Below are positions 42,337-56,642 of a stretch of DNA of 64,000 bases, one piece after another. The DNA comes from Octopus vulgaris. Taxonomy: Eukaryota. The stretch lies in the NCBI GenBank assembly GCA_951406725.2, contig OX597828.1, positions 50,344,001 through 50,408,000 of the forward strand, written 5' to 3'. Each line of letters begins with the position of its first letter. Position 1 is the first letter of the stretch. The notes below the pieces were generated by a model. That model saw nothing but the letters and a program-made list of their open reading frames with translations. It did not search any database and had not been told where the DNA came from. The position numbers were made by a program, and so were the translations under genes.

Positions 42337-44359
42337 TACATTGTATAATGCTAACAAACATGCCGACTCATTATATAGTTATGAATTAATTACAATGGAT
42401 ATATTTAATCTGAATTTGGGAGTAAAATATATTTATGGTATCGTGGAAATTGGTTTAAAATTGCATAGTTATTAAGTTGGAAATTTACAAGAAAATGTGA
42501 CTTTGATGGGAAACTTTTGTTATAAAATTCGAATTTAGCACAAACAACTTCATAATGAAATGTACATGCAAACTAGATTTCTTTCTTGACCCTGAAATGT
42601 TTTGTACAGTGTATTTAATGAATAAAGTTTGCCTTGATATTTTAATAGTGATTGTTGATTGTTGATAATAATCCTGATTGTATGGTGATTAGAAAATATA
42701 ATAGAAAATCAGTTATGATGATTAGAAAATACAATAGAGAATCAGTTATGTTGATTAATGATTAAGTGTATTTACAAGTCTATGATTATCTCAATGGTAT
42801 TTTTTGATTGCCGTGTGAAAATATCAACTTAAATCCCTTTTATCCCTTTAAATATTGAGTTTTGAGAAAATGCACGAGCCCTTAAATTGACGGAAGGACA
42901 CAATCTAGTGTATTTTCTCAAGTTTATTACTGATATTAGTTTTATCGGCTCTGTACTGGCATAGTCGACTCCAGGCGATTTCGAACGTAGAATGAAAATG
43001 GACGTACTTAATATAAGACATATTGTCAAGCGTTCTAAAGATCCTGAACGTCTGCCACACTTCTTAAATATTGACAAATACGAGACACCCAATTTTGAAA
43101 CACTCAACTGTGAGACTCAAGATTTTCTCATATTGTTTTATGCAATATTGTTTAACTCGATGGTTATTGTCATTCTAAAGATAAATGTTGTTTCTGTAAC
43201 CCTTTTTTGAGGTTTGATCTTTCCAACAAATAGTAGTTTCCCTTCATATTTTAGTGTTCTAGAGAGCCAAAAAAAAAAAAAAAAAAAGAAAAACGGATCA
43301 TGCCAACGTAGTTGTAATTCTCAGCAAGAAAGAATAAAACTTACACCATAAGATGTACCTACCTCACTTCTACTGTGTTTCGTATATTCCTTCGCTCTAT
43401 CTTTTCTTGACCTGCAGCACAAACCGTTGACACTAGTTCTTGTCTATGCTACGGACAATTATGAAGAAAAACCTTATCTGAGCAATAACCAAAAGCTGTG
43501 AGCACAGCCTCAATTCCTAAATGTCTCACATTTTGAATATTTTGGCGATAGCAATTGGTTAGAATATGAAACCTTCATTTAACAATATCATACATTTTCG
43601 CATATTTGAAAAAAACAGCGGTGTCCACGCTTTAGCTAATCTGGCCATTAATGTAGAGAATTAACTGTAATAAACTGCAAATACTTGTTGATTGAATTGC
43701 ATTGTTTTACTGAAATCTCGGCAATGTAATATGATAAGTAGACGGAGTGCTTTTATAGGGGCGCTAATCGCCATAAACAGTAATGCTGACTGATTTAGCT
43801 ATGAATAATCAGAGATAATGATCTTAAGTCAATGATTATTAGAAATAACATTCTTGAGTTATCAGCTATATTGTCAAATAATACACAAAGCTGTTAATTT
43901 CACTTACGCTTTCAATGTATTTCATGAAATGTAAAAATTTTCTTCGAACAACTCCAACCTGGCTACAAATACTATTCTAAGAAAGAGAGAACTAGCAATA
44001 CTTTGGACAATATGATCTTGAATTTAGAAATCGATGAAACGGCCAAAGCTGGGACGCCTTTCAACGTAGAACAATCATAGTTCACTTGGTGCTAAACAAT
44101 AAAAAAATTTTCCTATTTTAATTTAGGTCCACTTCTTCACTTCATTAATGAGAATATAATTACAATTAAAGAAGACAACGTTGCAATCAGTTATGTAATG
44201 ACGACATTTTAAGTATATCTATATATGTAACCGAAACACTGCCGGCTCTTTCTTTCACACCCTGTCAAACCTTTCCCAAGTAACTCATGCCTCATACCTT
44301 TTACTAATCAACTCACTGAAGCAGTGAAACAGTGTAAGACAGGGAGAAAAAAGAGAGAG

Positions 44360-44408
<49 letters not shown>

Positions 44409-45637
44409 TGTGTGAGAAAGAAAGTAGACGAGGGTGTCGTCTTCTCCGCTAGTTGTATTACTGACTAACAATATTTTCAAGAAGGGATCTTCTACATGGA
44501 CACTCGTCCTACTGAAAATAGCAGCCAAAATTTCTACCAGAAATCTCGTTCTACAGTCTTAAATAAAGGATATCTTGGAGAATTTAGTGACGTACAAAAA
44601 GTAAGAAAAAGTGGGATGGTCACTATGCGAACACCCCCAGAAGGGTGCTTAAACAGCAATAAACAAATCTACTTCGAGCAACCGAGGGAAGACCATTATG
44701 CGGTCACTTTACCCACAAAAAGGTAGAAATAGCATCAAAATCGACTGACCGTTGCAAAAGGGAAAATGACGCATTAGAAAATGTAGTTATGTACATAAAG
44801 TGGACATAATTTAAATATCACAAAAATTATTAGAAAACTACCCTCCGGATGGTTTACTTATGCTTTATGTAGAATATAATCTCCAAACCCATTATCCACT
44901 CAAAAAGTTTCTTCTAAATTCACTAATATAGACGCCCTCTAAGAAGATGTGTACTTTACTTTGTCCGGCATATGTAAAATATTAACTGCTTCCTCATAGC
45001 TTTCATACTTTGTTCTATTATTGCTTAGCTACTCACTTTTTCTTCCAACTTTAATCATTTAGTAATCATTTTAAAATAATCTCTTATTCTCTTGGTGTTA
45101 TATTCAATGTTCATATTGCTATACATATTTTTCTTAATGTTATTGCTTATTTTTAGTCACAATATTAAGCATGTTTTAAGTACTTAAAATATTTTCAACT
45201 AAAAACATATTCACAAGTGTGATATTTTTGTTTTCAAAATAAATGCAAATTAAATCTAAAAACATTATTTTTTTATTTTTTTCCCCGAATACTAAATAAA
45301 ATAATAAATATTCATAAAATGTATTATTCTAAAATATAGATGCTTTTATACAAAATAGAAAATTTGAATATTTTTAGAAAGCCAAGACATTTGAAAAAAG
45401 TATAATGCGTGTAAGCGCTTAAAGTATGTATTGTGGTCTTCTTGTTTTTTTTTTACTAACGAAGACAAAATTATGGAATGTATTTGCGATGAAAATCAAT
45501 AGTCAGCACACTGAATATTAAAAAGATTTGGAATATTTTCGGTTCTATTTTCTGTTTTTGCTCAATAGAATATTCTAACATATAAAGAAAGACTTCTCTC
45601 AAACTGTACCCAATTATGTAATTGCGTTTGATATGAC

Positions 45638-45720
<83 letters not shown>

Positions 45721-45871
45721 CACGCACACAAGGCGAGCTAACAGAAGCATTAACACGCTGGGCGAATTGCTTAGCGACATTTCGTCTGTCTTTACATTCT
45801 GAGTTCAAATTCCGCCGAGTTTAAGTGCTACTAGAATACTGGGGCGATTCAGCAAACGATTCTGCCAGCTC

Positions 45872-45937
<66 letters not shown>

Positions 45938-46080
45938 AGTGTGGATGTGTGATAAGTAGCTTAATTACCAACCACATGGTTCCGGGTTCAGTCCCACTGC
46001 GTGGCATCTTGGGTAAGTGTCTTCTATCATAGTCGCAAGCCTTGTGAGTAGACTTGGTAATCGGAAAAAGCTCGTCGTAT
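45938..46080 (+). mobile_element. Family B SINE, 5' part
   Basis: ACCAACCACATGGTTCCGGGTTCAGTCCCACTGCGTGGCATCTTGGG. Confidence 0.75.
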
Positions 46081-46151
46081 ATATATACAATTTAAAAATA
46101 GGATAACATCTTATCAAGTAGTTAGCGTGAAAAACCTCACAAGGAAATGCA

Positions 46152-46209
46152 TGCACTGACGATTAAAAAGTGCAGTTTGTGCACTGATTATGAAATCATA
46201 TGATCTGCA
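46152..46209 (+). ncRNA. Type-I hammerhead ribozyme motif with intact core
   Basis: tgca CTGACGA ttaaaa agtgca gtttg tgcact gattat GAAA tcatatga TC tgca. Confidence 0.7.
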
Positions 46210-46434
46210 GCTGAATCTGCTTTTGAAAGGCCCGCTTCGAGAGTTGCATTCCCTCGCGTTCGGTACGTGTTTATTATGGTATTTTTGACATTAAGAGTCC
46301 TTCCTAGCGTGAGGCATTTATGTATAGTAATGCCCTTAATATAAATAAATAAATGAATATATAAATGAACTTGAAAACTTTGTTCTAGTTGGAAGTTTTT
46401 CAGTTCATTTAGTCATTAAGTTCATTTAGAGTAA

Positions 46435-47110
46435 ATGAACTTAAAAAACTTCCTACTAGAACAAAAATACACACTCAAATTAATAAAAATCGGAATCTCA
46501 AGAGCAATGAAATTGGACATCACACAACTCAGAACTCCAAAAATGAAAAACAAAGAAAAACATCATCCCTTTCATAAACACACACAACCCTGGAATTACC
46601 AACATGTTTCAAATCATAGATTCAACCTTACCAATAGTCCTACAAAGCCCCAAATAGCAAAACATATTAAACAAATATTGCATAAAAACAGTAAACGCCA
46701 AGACAAAAACCTGAAGAAACAACTAACAAGAACGAAATCATCATCAGAGACTAAAACCGAATTCTTTGTGAAAGAGTGCGGAAATGGTAGGTATGGGATC
46801 TGCAGTAACCTCACATACAAAGATATAGAGGGAGACAAGCAAATAAAATTTAAGAGTGGTCACACATTCAAAGTAAAGGCAGACATGAACTGCAAGACTC
46901 AGAACGTAATATACTGCATAACTTGCCCCACATGCAAGGAGAATTATATAGGCGAAACTGGAAATTCTTTATGCCAACGAGCCAGAATTCACCGACAATT
47001 TGTCCGACAGGAGGAACCGCAAGCGCTATTATATGATTTATAAAAACATGTGACATATTAATAAATATCTGTAAATATAAAACCATCCGGATTTCTGTGT
47101 ACCTTATTCC
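46435..47110 (+). pseudogene. Penelope-like element fragment (thumb/linker + GIY-YIG)
   Basis: LKNFLLEQKY...SKRQDKNLKKQLTR...CGNGRYGIC...MNCKTQNVIYCITCPTCKENYIGETGNSL..R..IHRQ; homologous to the 13195 ORF. Confidence 0.85.
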
Positions 47111-47341
47111 TTCTAATATATATATACATACACACACGCATATATATACATATATCTATATATATAATATAGATGTATATGTATGTGCATATGTACATAT
47201 ATGTATATACATACATATACATACACACACATACACACACACATATATATGCATATATATATATCAATGAAAAGAAAATGGAGATGTATATTACAATTGG
47301 CAATTCAAAAATTAAAAGATTAAAGTCAAAAATTTATTAGC

Positions 47342-47403
<62 letters not shown>

Positions 47404-48870
47404 TATTATTATTATTATATATATATATACATGTGTGTGTGTGTGTGTTTGTGTGCTGATATAGGTATGTAAGGCATACATTCACACACACGCAGATACT
47501 CACCTACACATATACCTATGCAGGTATACACAAAGAACTTTGGCACAGTTTCTGTTTATCATATTTCTCACAGAAAGAACGATTATGAGGAGGTGTTAGT
47601 GGAAGACGCTGGACTTTTAAATGCTGCGCAGTGGGTTTGAACCATACACTACAAGATTGCAAATCAAACTTGTACACCACACGGTCACACTTTCGCTATG
47701 CATCGCGATTGTAAATTTTATAGCTAAGTTGGCGTCAGAACGGAACTGGCTGAGCAGTCAATTTTAAAGGCACGATGTTGATATTGTTGTTTCGTCTCTG
47801 GACGATGCGATATGATAAACCTACGAGCAAAGGCGTTCCAGTCATGACCAACTAGTTTCTTTGTTTATGGTTTCAGACACAGTGTATCTAGAAATACATT
47901 ATTCAATGTTCTTTCTATTTTTAAGATATCAGAGTATGATTTGTGAGAGTTGGCTTCTATTTGACAACCGTTATAAGCTGAGGCGTCCTCATTGTTTTGT
48001 GTGCGCCGTGTGAACACATATACGTACGAACAGCCATCTATGTCGGGACACATTTGTGATATTACTGTATGTATTATATATGAAGAATTTAACAGGAAGT
48101 TATTAGTAATCATCTGTGATAATGTTTCTGATAGACGATTATATCGGTTCCATCTTAGCCTACGCAAACCCGTTCGTGATATTACTCTATGTATTATGTA
48201 TGAAGTATTTAAAAGCAAGATCCCAACAGCCATTAGTTATATCGGCAGCAACAGGCTCAAATGACATCATCAACAGAATTGTCCTCAACAACCATCAAAA
48301 ACTGATCTGACCTTTTTACCCTTGGATTGCTCATTCCATTTCAATGTATTTCCACAGTGATAAGGAACAGTGAGTGATATATTATTTCCGACTACTGGAA
48401 ACAATATGTCTATCATCACGATAGCAGACTTGCTTCAATGTTCACAAATTAATCATTCACATAACCGCCCTACAGTTTCACCCCCTTTCTATCACATACA
48501 CCCTTTCTTTCTTTCTTTTTTTCTTTCTTTCTTTCTTTCTTTCTTTCTTTCGTCATTAGATATTGAAACATTTTAACCAATTCTTTTCCGTTTATTTTCT
48601 CTCTCTTCGCTTCGTCTATGTCATATCCCAATCTCAATGTCTGTTCTTCCAGCAAATAAATTAGCATTAACATATACAGGGACAATAAAAAACATTCTGA
48701 AAGTAAGTATATAAGGAGGGAACAATAACAGTCAACGAATAACTATTTTAACAATTTTAGCTCTAACGGGAGACAAACCCGCAAATATATGTTTTATTCG
48801 GCGCCGTCCACACAGCAACAATTTTACTGAACGCGACGCTATATTGTTACTCTCTACACTAGCAAAATCA

Positions 48871-49311
48871 TTGACCATGAAAAGCGCAAAACCTTCCAAT
48901 CTAAGCTATTCCTCTCACAAGTCTCTGTTCACCCAGAGAGAACTTTGTGGGGTAACTGAGTTCCTGGATCAGAAATATTTATTTAGATTCGTCTCACTAT
49001 AGTGTGTGCCGTCGGTTAATCCAAAGACACCGTTCTGCTTTATATATCACTTATTACCTCCCCTTATCTGGAACTCTTCTTTACACTTCTCAACAAAAAC
49101 ATAACGATGTAAGAAATTTGAAAAGCTGAACGCGAAACCGGTCATTTCTTCAAAAACTATGTCATTGTATGAAAAAAATTTATAACATTCTTCTGACATA
49201 ATGACTCAAATATATATTTTTTAATCTTTTAAAACAAGCCTTCTGTAGTTTTTTCACTTTTTACTATTTTCTATATATTCAACCACGTGCTTTCACACAC
49301 CAACTTTCTCA

Positions 49312-49357
<46 letters not shown>

Positions 49358-49419
49358 CATATACACATATATATATACTTATACATACACATATATACAT
49401 ATACATACATACACACACA

Positions 49420-49469
<50 letters not shown>

Positions 49470-49644
49470 AATCTTTGACCATGAAAAGCGCAAAACCTTG
49501 CAAGCTAAGCTATTCCTCTCACAAGTCTCTGTTCACCCAGAGAGAACTTTGTGGGGTAACTGAGCTCCTGGATCTGAAATATTTATTTAAAATCTCCTCA
49601 CTATAGTGTGTGCCGTCGGTTAATCCAAAGATTCCGTTCTGCTT
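48871..49644. repeat. ~170-bp direct repeat (48871-49040 and 49475-49644)
   Basis: TTGACCATGAAAAGCGCAAAACC...GTCGGTTAATCCAAAGA..CCGTTCTGCTTT present twice. Confidence 0.85.
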
Positions 49645-50408
49645 TCCACACTATTTCTTCTGTACATTGTTGATTTATATAATGTGCATTATTGTCCTGC
49701 ATATACTCTCACACCGCTGATAAATGCTATCTTTCTGTATACAAACGCCCTATATCAGTGTATCAGTGTTTCATCTCAGCACATTAATGTTGCAAACAAT
49801 GTTTCACTCAATCATGTTATCGAATGTATTAACCTTGAGATGTTGGGAGATTCTCAAAGCTGTAATAAAAGTGATTGATATGATATTTCGAAATCCAATC
49901 GATTAATTACACATTTAAATATGGAAAACTTTCGAAACGTCATAATTTAACTGAAAGATCTGAAGATTTAATGCCTTCATATTGATTTTCAAACGTTGGC
50001 ACGCGGCCACGTATTTTCAGTGGTTTATCGTTCATTAACACTAAATATTAACCAACTGATTTGCCGCCCTTTACACGTTCTTCCTTTTCTTTCAAAACCA
50101 AGGTGAGCAAAAACCCGTCACACACACACATACACACGCACGCGCTCACACACGCAGAAACACACGCGAGCGCGCGCATACAAATATTTTTGTACAAAAT
50201 TTCAGATAATTTAATCAATATATTTAACATAAATAATATTAGAACTTAAGATCCCATCAGAAGCGGCAACGGTAAAAGCTTCGTATGCACATCAGTTTAT
50301 AAATGTGATTAATATATCTATGTATGTATGTATGTACGTATGTATGTATGTATGTATGTATGTATGTATGTATGTATGTATGTATGTATGTATGTATGTA
50401 TGCATCTA

Positions 50409-50549
<141 letters not shown>

Positions 50550-50887
50550 ATAATGTTCATGTATGCATATCATATCTGTATAAACATCAATATTTGTGCG
50601 TTAATCTTCTTTCGTTTCGAAGATTTTCCTTTTCTTTTCTTTCTAAGTGCGCAACTCTTAATGTGTTCCGACAGAAAATATCAAATGTTTTATAAGATCT
50701 CTCAGTTCAAACATCAATATTTATAGAAAAATCTTGGACAGAAATGAGTAAATAGAGAGTATTCATCCATGAATACATTAAAACATTTGTCCGGATGTCT
50801 ACACTTTTCCAAATACATTTATACAAATATGTATATTTATGTATGCACGTATATGTATATATATATGTATATATGTATATGTATATG

Positions 50888-50949
<62 letters not shown>

Positions 50950-51272
50950 AATATATGTATGTGTGTTTGCGTGTGTGTGTGTCTGAGTGTATGTGTGTAT
51001 ATATAGTTATGTGCATGTATGTATTGTAACTTTATATATTGATAGATGTGTATAAGTCTATCAACATTATATTCAGATTTACATACGCCCCGTTTTCGGT
51101 TCGTCTTTGTCACAAGGCGTTTAATCTGTATAAAAGAAAAAAACTAATTTCTAAAATAGAGATATACTTCAACATATCTTAAGCTGTGTATGCAAAGATT
51201 CTAAATTAACCTTCAAGAATTTCGAGGAAGGAAAGAGAAACATATTGTTCACACACACACACATATATATGA

Positions 51273-51340
<68 letters not shown>

Positions 51341-51586
51341 ATATATGTATATATGTATATAAGTATATCTATATCTATATATATATATTTAAGTAGTTGA
51401 ATGAATTATCCTAGTATGGATAATTCGGTTAACCGATACCTGGGTAGCAAATTCACGTCAGAAAACACGGTTGAAGCTACATGCCAAGAGCAGAGATCAC
51501 GTGCTTTCGTGTGGTAATTTGTGTGTTTTTTTACTATAAATAAATGAAAGAATGAAGTCGAACGACGATTTAACAAAATTCCTTTA

Positions 51587-51668
51587 TTCTCGACATATGT
51601 TTCGAAGACTGCATATTCTTTATTCCGAAGGAATAAGGAGTGCATTATGCCGCCTTCTCACCAGGAAA
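51587..51668 (-). ncRNA. Hammerhead motif with extended stem II (one core mismatch)
   Basis: Minus: tttc CTGGTGA gaaggc...ttattcc ttc ggaataa...gtcttc GAAA catatg TC gaga. Confidence 0.6.
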
Positions 51669-52878
51669 GACAAGGAACTTATGTCAGCATCATGACGAAC
51701 AAAAACGTTTAGATGACTGCCCACACGGAGTCCATAGTGATAATGAGTGCTTCTTTAAAATATTCCGTTATAAGCAGTGACGTCAAAATTGGTTGAATGG
51801 AGAAGATTCTATAAAGTTCAAGAGTTCAAAAAAGGTTGGAAGGGGAGAGATCTAAGATTAGGAAGGTGACAGGGTGCAAGTCGTATGTATGGTGATGTGT
51901 TGTTGTTTGCTTATGCTAATGAGATTGAGTGCCTATGTGTGTGTATGTATATAACTGCATTCGTGTCTATGTGTGTGTATGTGTGTGCGTGATTGTGTGT
52001 GTGGGGGGATAGATGCCAAATACAACTAGTGGTAAAGTGACAGGTTTGTGTCTGTGTGTTTGATTGTGCTTACGATAGAGAGAGGGAGAGAGGGAGAGGG
52101 GGGAGAGGTAGAGAGACAAAGGCAAAACATACCCCAACGAATTTGGTAGTAGTCCTTCATGAAACGGAGTATAAAAATTTGTCTATGGTGGTGTTGTAGA
52201 ATTGGAACCAAATTATTAAATTCAAGGAAGTTATCTATATTATTCATCATTCAAATGAGTGGAAGGTGTGTTTCTGCCAGTGCATGCACCTATAGGATTT
52301 TTCTACCATTGTGTTTACCAAAGGGAATTTGGCGAAAAGTATATGGAAAAGTTCGGAATTACAGACGCCACAAAATTTTCTGCCCTTATCAAACGGAAAG
52401 GATACAGACAATGTGGACCATTCCAGCTTGAAAGTTATATTGCTGTCCTTAAGGCGCCAAACTAATTTACTTAGTCCTGTGCTTTGTTGTTTTCTCTTAT
52501 CTCGGAAAGTTGAATAATGATTGGAAATTCTCTAGGATAATTTAGATGTAGTCGCCCCAATGTAGAAGAAGACACCGGTACCGGAAGAAATGTTACACTG
52601 GTAAATGGAATTGCTGGACAAGAACTTTAATCTGTTAGGGTTTACCTCCGAGACTAAGACGGAGTGGAGTCAGGAAATGTTCATACAGCTGGAAGATCCA
52701 ATCGAAACAGGGGATAGGAAATGATAAGATTGAAAAACGCTATTATAGATTGTGCCTAACTAAAAACGATCACAGCCACATCATCGAAACAGACCAGATG
52801 GAACCGGGCTTAGCTGCTAGTGTTCTATAAATTCCACAGTCTTGGTTTTGTTGTCTCATATTATTTAACCAATATATA

Positions 52879-52919
<41 letters not shown>

Positions 52920-52921
<2 letters not shown>

Positions 52922-53128
52922 TAGTTAGTTAGTTAGTTAGTTAATTTGGCTCAAAAGCAAATAGCAAGGCCATGTAGGGGGACATGGAGTTAAGTACAGG
53001 GTGGTGTTCATGTAAAGAGTTCAGGCCACTTGAAGTCAAGGAAGGCTTTGAACAAAGCGGTCGTCGGCATCTTCACCATCTCGTCTGCCAGCTTGTTCCA
53101 CGGATCCGCAACCCGGACGGAGAAAGCT
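52920..53128 (-). mobile_element. CR1-clade LINE 3' end
   Basis: Minus translation AFSVRVADPWNKLADEMVKMPTTALFKAFLDFKW; short UTR and (TAAC)n tail. Confidence 0.75.
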
Positions 53129-53326
53129 ATACATATACACACGGTGGACCGCTGAAATCTACAAGTTTTTCTCATTCTCTCTCTGTTTATTCGGAGTCCG
53201 GGCTCGAAACGTAAAAGACTTATTCATTTTTGCCAAACGTTAAACTAATACACTTGTTTGTTGTCCATACACCTGTCTCTGTCTTTTGTTTATCTGTAAA
53301 TTTCAACTACATCTATCTATCTATCC

Positions 53327-53494
<168 letters not shown>

Positions 53495-53569
53495 TGCATA
53501 TGCAGAAATGTTATTACTAGTACTTATATGAAATAACATATGTACACAATCAATATATACACGCACGCT

Positions 53570-53935
53570 CTTTTGTATAGACACACTTATACACACTAAT
53601 ACGTCTATATATATATGTATACTTCGAGAAGCGTCTTACGTAGATGCATTTTCCCTATTTTCACTTGTACACATTTAAACTTCTTTACACCGTCTATACA
53701 GAATCATTTGCTTATTTAGACATATGTGCGCTAATTATTTATTCATTTAACTCATTCTGTTGTGTACGTTAATAAATATATAATAACCTAATCATTACAA
53801 CACACTTCTATACGCCTACGTATTCATTTTTATAGACCCACTTGTACACATTTAAACGTCTTCACACTGTCTATGCAGAATCATTTGCTTATTTAGACAT
53901 ATGTGTGCTAATTATTTATTCATTTAACTCATTGT
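53570..53935. repeat. ~176-bp tandem duplication
   Basis: CACTTGTACACATTTAAAC...CAGAATCATTTGCTTATTTAGACATATGTG...TTTAACTCATT at ~53662 and ~53839. Confidence 0.8.
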
Positions 53936-54166
53936 TACACGCACGCGTTATACACATTCACTTGTATTGAAGCACACACACGTACAAGGTGTCTGTTCAT
54001 TAATCTTATCAGCTGATTGTGTCAGTAAATAAATAATGATATATTTAAAGCATTTGTAGTGAAATATAAATATACAGAATCAGAAAACCAAACCTGAACC
54101 GTAGAACTGAGAAGTCATGAGAGAATACAGTTCAACATAGGATGAAGCCGATGGTTGATATTGAAT

Positions 54167-54553
54167 GGTGGAAGCACTCCGTCGGTTACGACGACGAGGG
54201 TTCCGGTTGATCCGAATCAACGGAACAGCCTGCTCGTGAAATTAACGTGCAAGTGGCTGAGTACTCCACAGACACGTGTACCCTTAACGTAGTTCTCGGG
54301 GATATTCAGCGTGACACAGAGTGTGACAAGGCCGGCCCTTTGAAATACAGGTACAACAGAAACAGGAAGTAAGAGTGAGAGAAAGTTGTGGTGAAAGAGT
54401 ACAGCAGGGATCACCACCATCCCCTGCCGGAGCGTCGTGGAGCTTTTAGGTGTTTTCGCTCAATAAACACTCACAACGCCCGATCTGGGAATCGAAACCG
54501 CGATCCTATGACCGCGAGTCCGCTACCCTAACCACTGGGCCATGCGCCTCCAC
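54167..54553 (-). mobile_element. Full-length tRNA SINE, family X, with 11-bp TSD
   Basis: TGATATTGAAT at 54156 and 54554; A box TGGCCCAGTGG and B box GGTTTCGATTCC on the minus strand. Confidence 0.9.
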
Positions 54554-55088
54554 TGATATTGAATACACAACATTAAAATGAGTTGGAAATTTAGTTCAAA
54601 AGGTGACTCTAAGAACAATATTATAAGCAAAACCATTAAACTGCTGTGTTGGAAAGTACTTACATAACAAAGTTATTTTGTCAGGTTTACATATCTTTTT
54701 GTTTGTTAATTTTCTTCTGTTTGTTACACTGGATAAAGAAATCAACGGATGTATAGAGATCGGAAAGAGAAAGGGGTCGGAAGCAGATCTCGTCATTTTT
54801 GACGGGTACCACGCTAGTTTACACTATATGTATGATCTGAAGCTTAAAGTATATATCCTTAACCTCTCTTTGATAATTGGTATTCTCTTATTCGTTTAGT
54901 AGATTTAGTCATTGGACTGTAGCCATATTGAAGCAGAGCCTTAAGGATTTAGTTAAACAGATCAACCTCTGTTCTTATTTTATGTGTCTTTTTGCCGGGG
55001 GTGTAACCCTGTAACCAAATAGCAGTCGTCAAGCGTTGGTTGAAAGGCAAACACAAAGGTGTGCACATACATATATACATGTATATAA

Positions 55089-55318
55089 GGCGGTGAAATG
55101 GTAGATACATTAGCACGCCGGGCGAAATTCTTACCGGTATTTCGTCTGCTGCTACGTTCTGAGTTCAAATTCCGCCGAGGTCGACTTTGCCTTTCATCCT
55201 TTCGGGGTCGATTAAATAAGTACCAGTTACGCACTGGGGGCGATGTAATCGACTTAATCCATTTGTCTATCCTTGTTTGTCCCGTCTATGTTTAGCCTAT
55301 TTTGGGCAATAAAGAATT
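55089..55318 (+). mobile_element. Family A SINE nested in an older minus-strand family B SINE (~54885-55495)
   Basis: Complete family A sequence sits between the two halves of a diverged family B copy. Confidence 0.75.
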
Positions 55319-56578
55319 ATATATACATGTATATTCCATGGGCTTCGACACGTTTCCACTCTACCAAATTCACTCAGAAGATACTAATCGGTTCGGGATT
55401 ATAGTACAATACACACAAAACACAACGTAGTGGGATTGAACAGCGAAGTACGAGGTTACGAGGTGAAGTTCTTAGTCTTACAGTTATACCCGCGTCTGTG
55501 TTTATTTAAGAAGATATTATTTTACATTTGAAACAATACAAAACAAACTATGAAGAGGACTACGAATGAATAACATAAGTGTGCGTTCGTTCGATCGTTC
55601 GTTCGCTGATTTGTTTTTTGTTTGCTGTGTTATTGGATAGTTGTGTACCCACAGCTAACCACTAGCCCCTAAACTATGAAATAAGGAGCGGAAACTATTT
55701 TTGTTTAATCAGCGATCCAAGTGGCAGGTGGTAGTTATGAGCCATGCAAGTAAAATACGCAAGTATTTTTACCCAGAATTCCTTTTAATTTTACTTCGAT
55801 ACAAAAGAAGAGGAGGGGGCTGAGTGGCAATTAACATTCTAGAGACGCAGTGGCAGACCGAGATTTGCTACCAGCGATTTGCATGTGAAGCTATTGTTTG
55901 TGACGACTGCAATATATAAGTATTGTCTTCGCCACCACATAAAGACAAAACAGCCTTTTGTGTTCAGGTGATTAAATACGCTTCAGAAAAAATATAGTTT
56001 TCAAATATAATGTTTCAACAGAGGCTATGTAAAGTACATCAGCTCCTCCATAGTAGTAAACAATTCTTATATTCTTTGTTAGCTTAATCACAATACTCAC
56101 GAGAATTTCAGTATTCACAAATCTTTATTACAACAGCAAACATTTTCCCCATCTAAATATCATTTGTGTTGTTTTTCTTCTTTATTTTCTTGTACTTGTT
56201 GGTGATTATGTTGTGTTTATTGTTACCACTTTCATATTTGTTTTTCCTGTTAGTTTCCTTGTAGCTCAGCGGTAAATAGTACTGTTGCTCATTTTGTAGT
56301 TTCATATAGTGTCTGTAGATGTGATTTTACTCTTCTCGGCTGTTTGTATCGCACTAATCAGTACATCTAGCGCATAGACTAACACACATGTACAGAAACG
56401 AAAACACACACACATATGCACATTCTCCATTTTTCATTGTTTTCTCTCTTATTATCTTTTCCTTTGTTTCCCTCTCTCTTTCTCTCTCACATACACACAT
56501 ACACACTCACATGTATATTGTTATTCAAAAAACATTTAGCTTGTTATACAGGTACATAAACATAACGAACACATATAA

Positions 56579-56642
<64 letters not shown>

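Larger units (their letters stand above)
39398..42611 (+). mobile_element. Decayed Chapaev3-like (CMC superfamily) DNA transposon
   Basis: Putative termini CACGGTA... and ...GTACAGTG; internal transposase pseudogene. Family name is from recall of motifs; termini are uncertain. Confidence 0.6.

Noticed and set aside
43345-43420. Possible small minus-strand exon (CAG|...|GTAGGT)
   Set aside because: Weak polypyrimidine tract, unrecognisable peptide and no partner exons.
53150-53310. GAGTCCGGGCTC GAAA cg TA hammerhead half
   Set aside because: The CUGAnGA half is absent; at most a decayed relative of the 33788 motif.
54490-54553. tRNA gene-like sequence (also at 6770-6838 and 36300-36355)
   Set aside because: These are SINE heads, continuous with a SINE body and in two cases bounded by TSDs; no complete cloverleaf.
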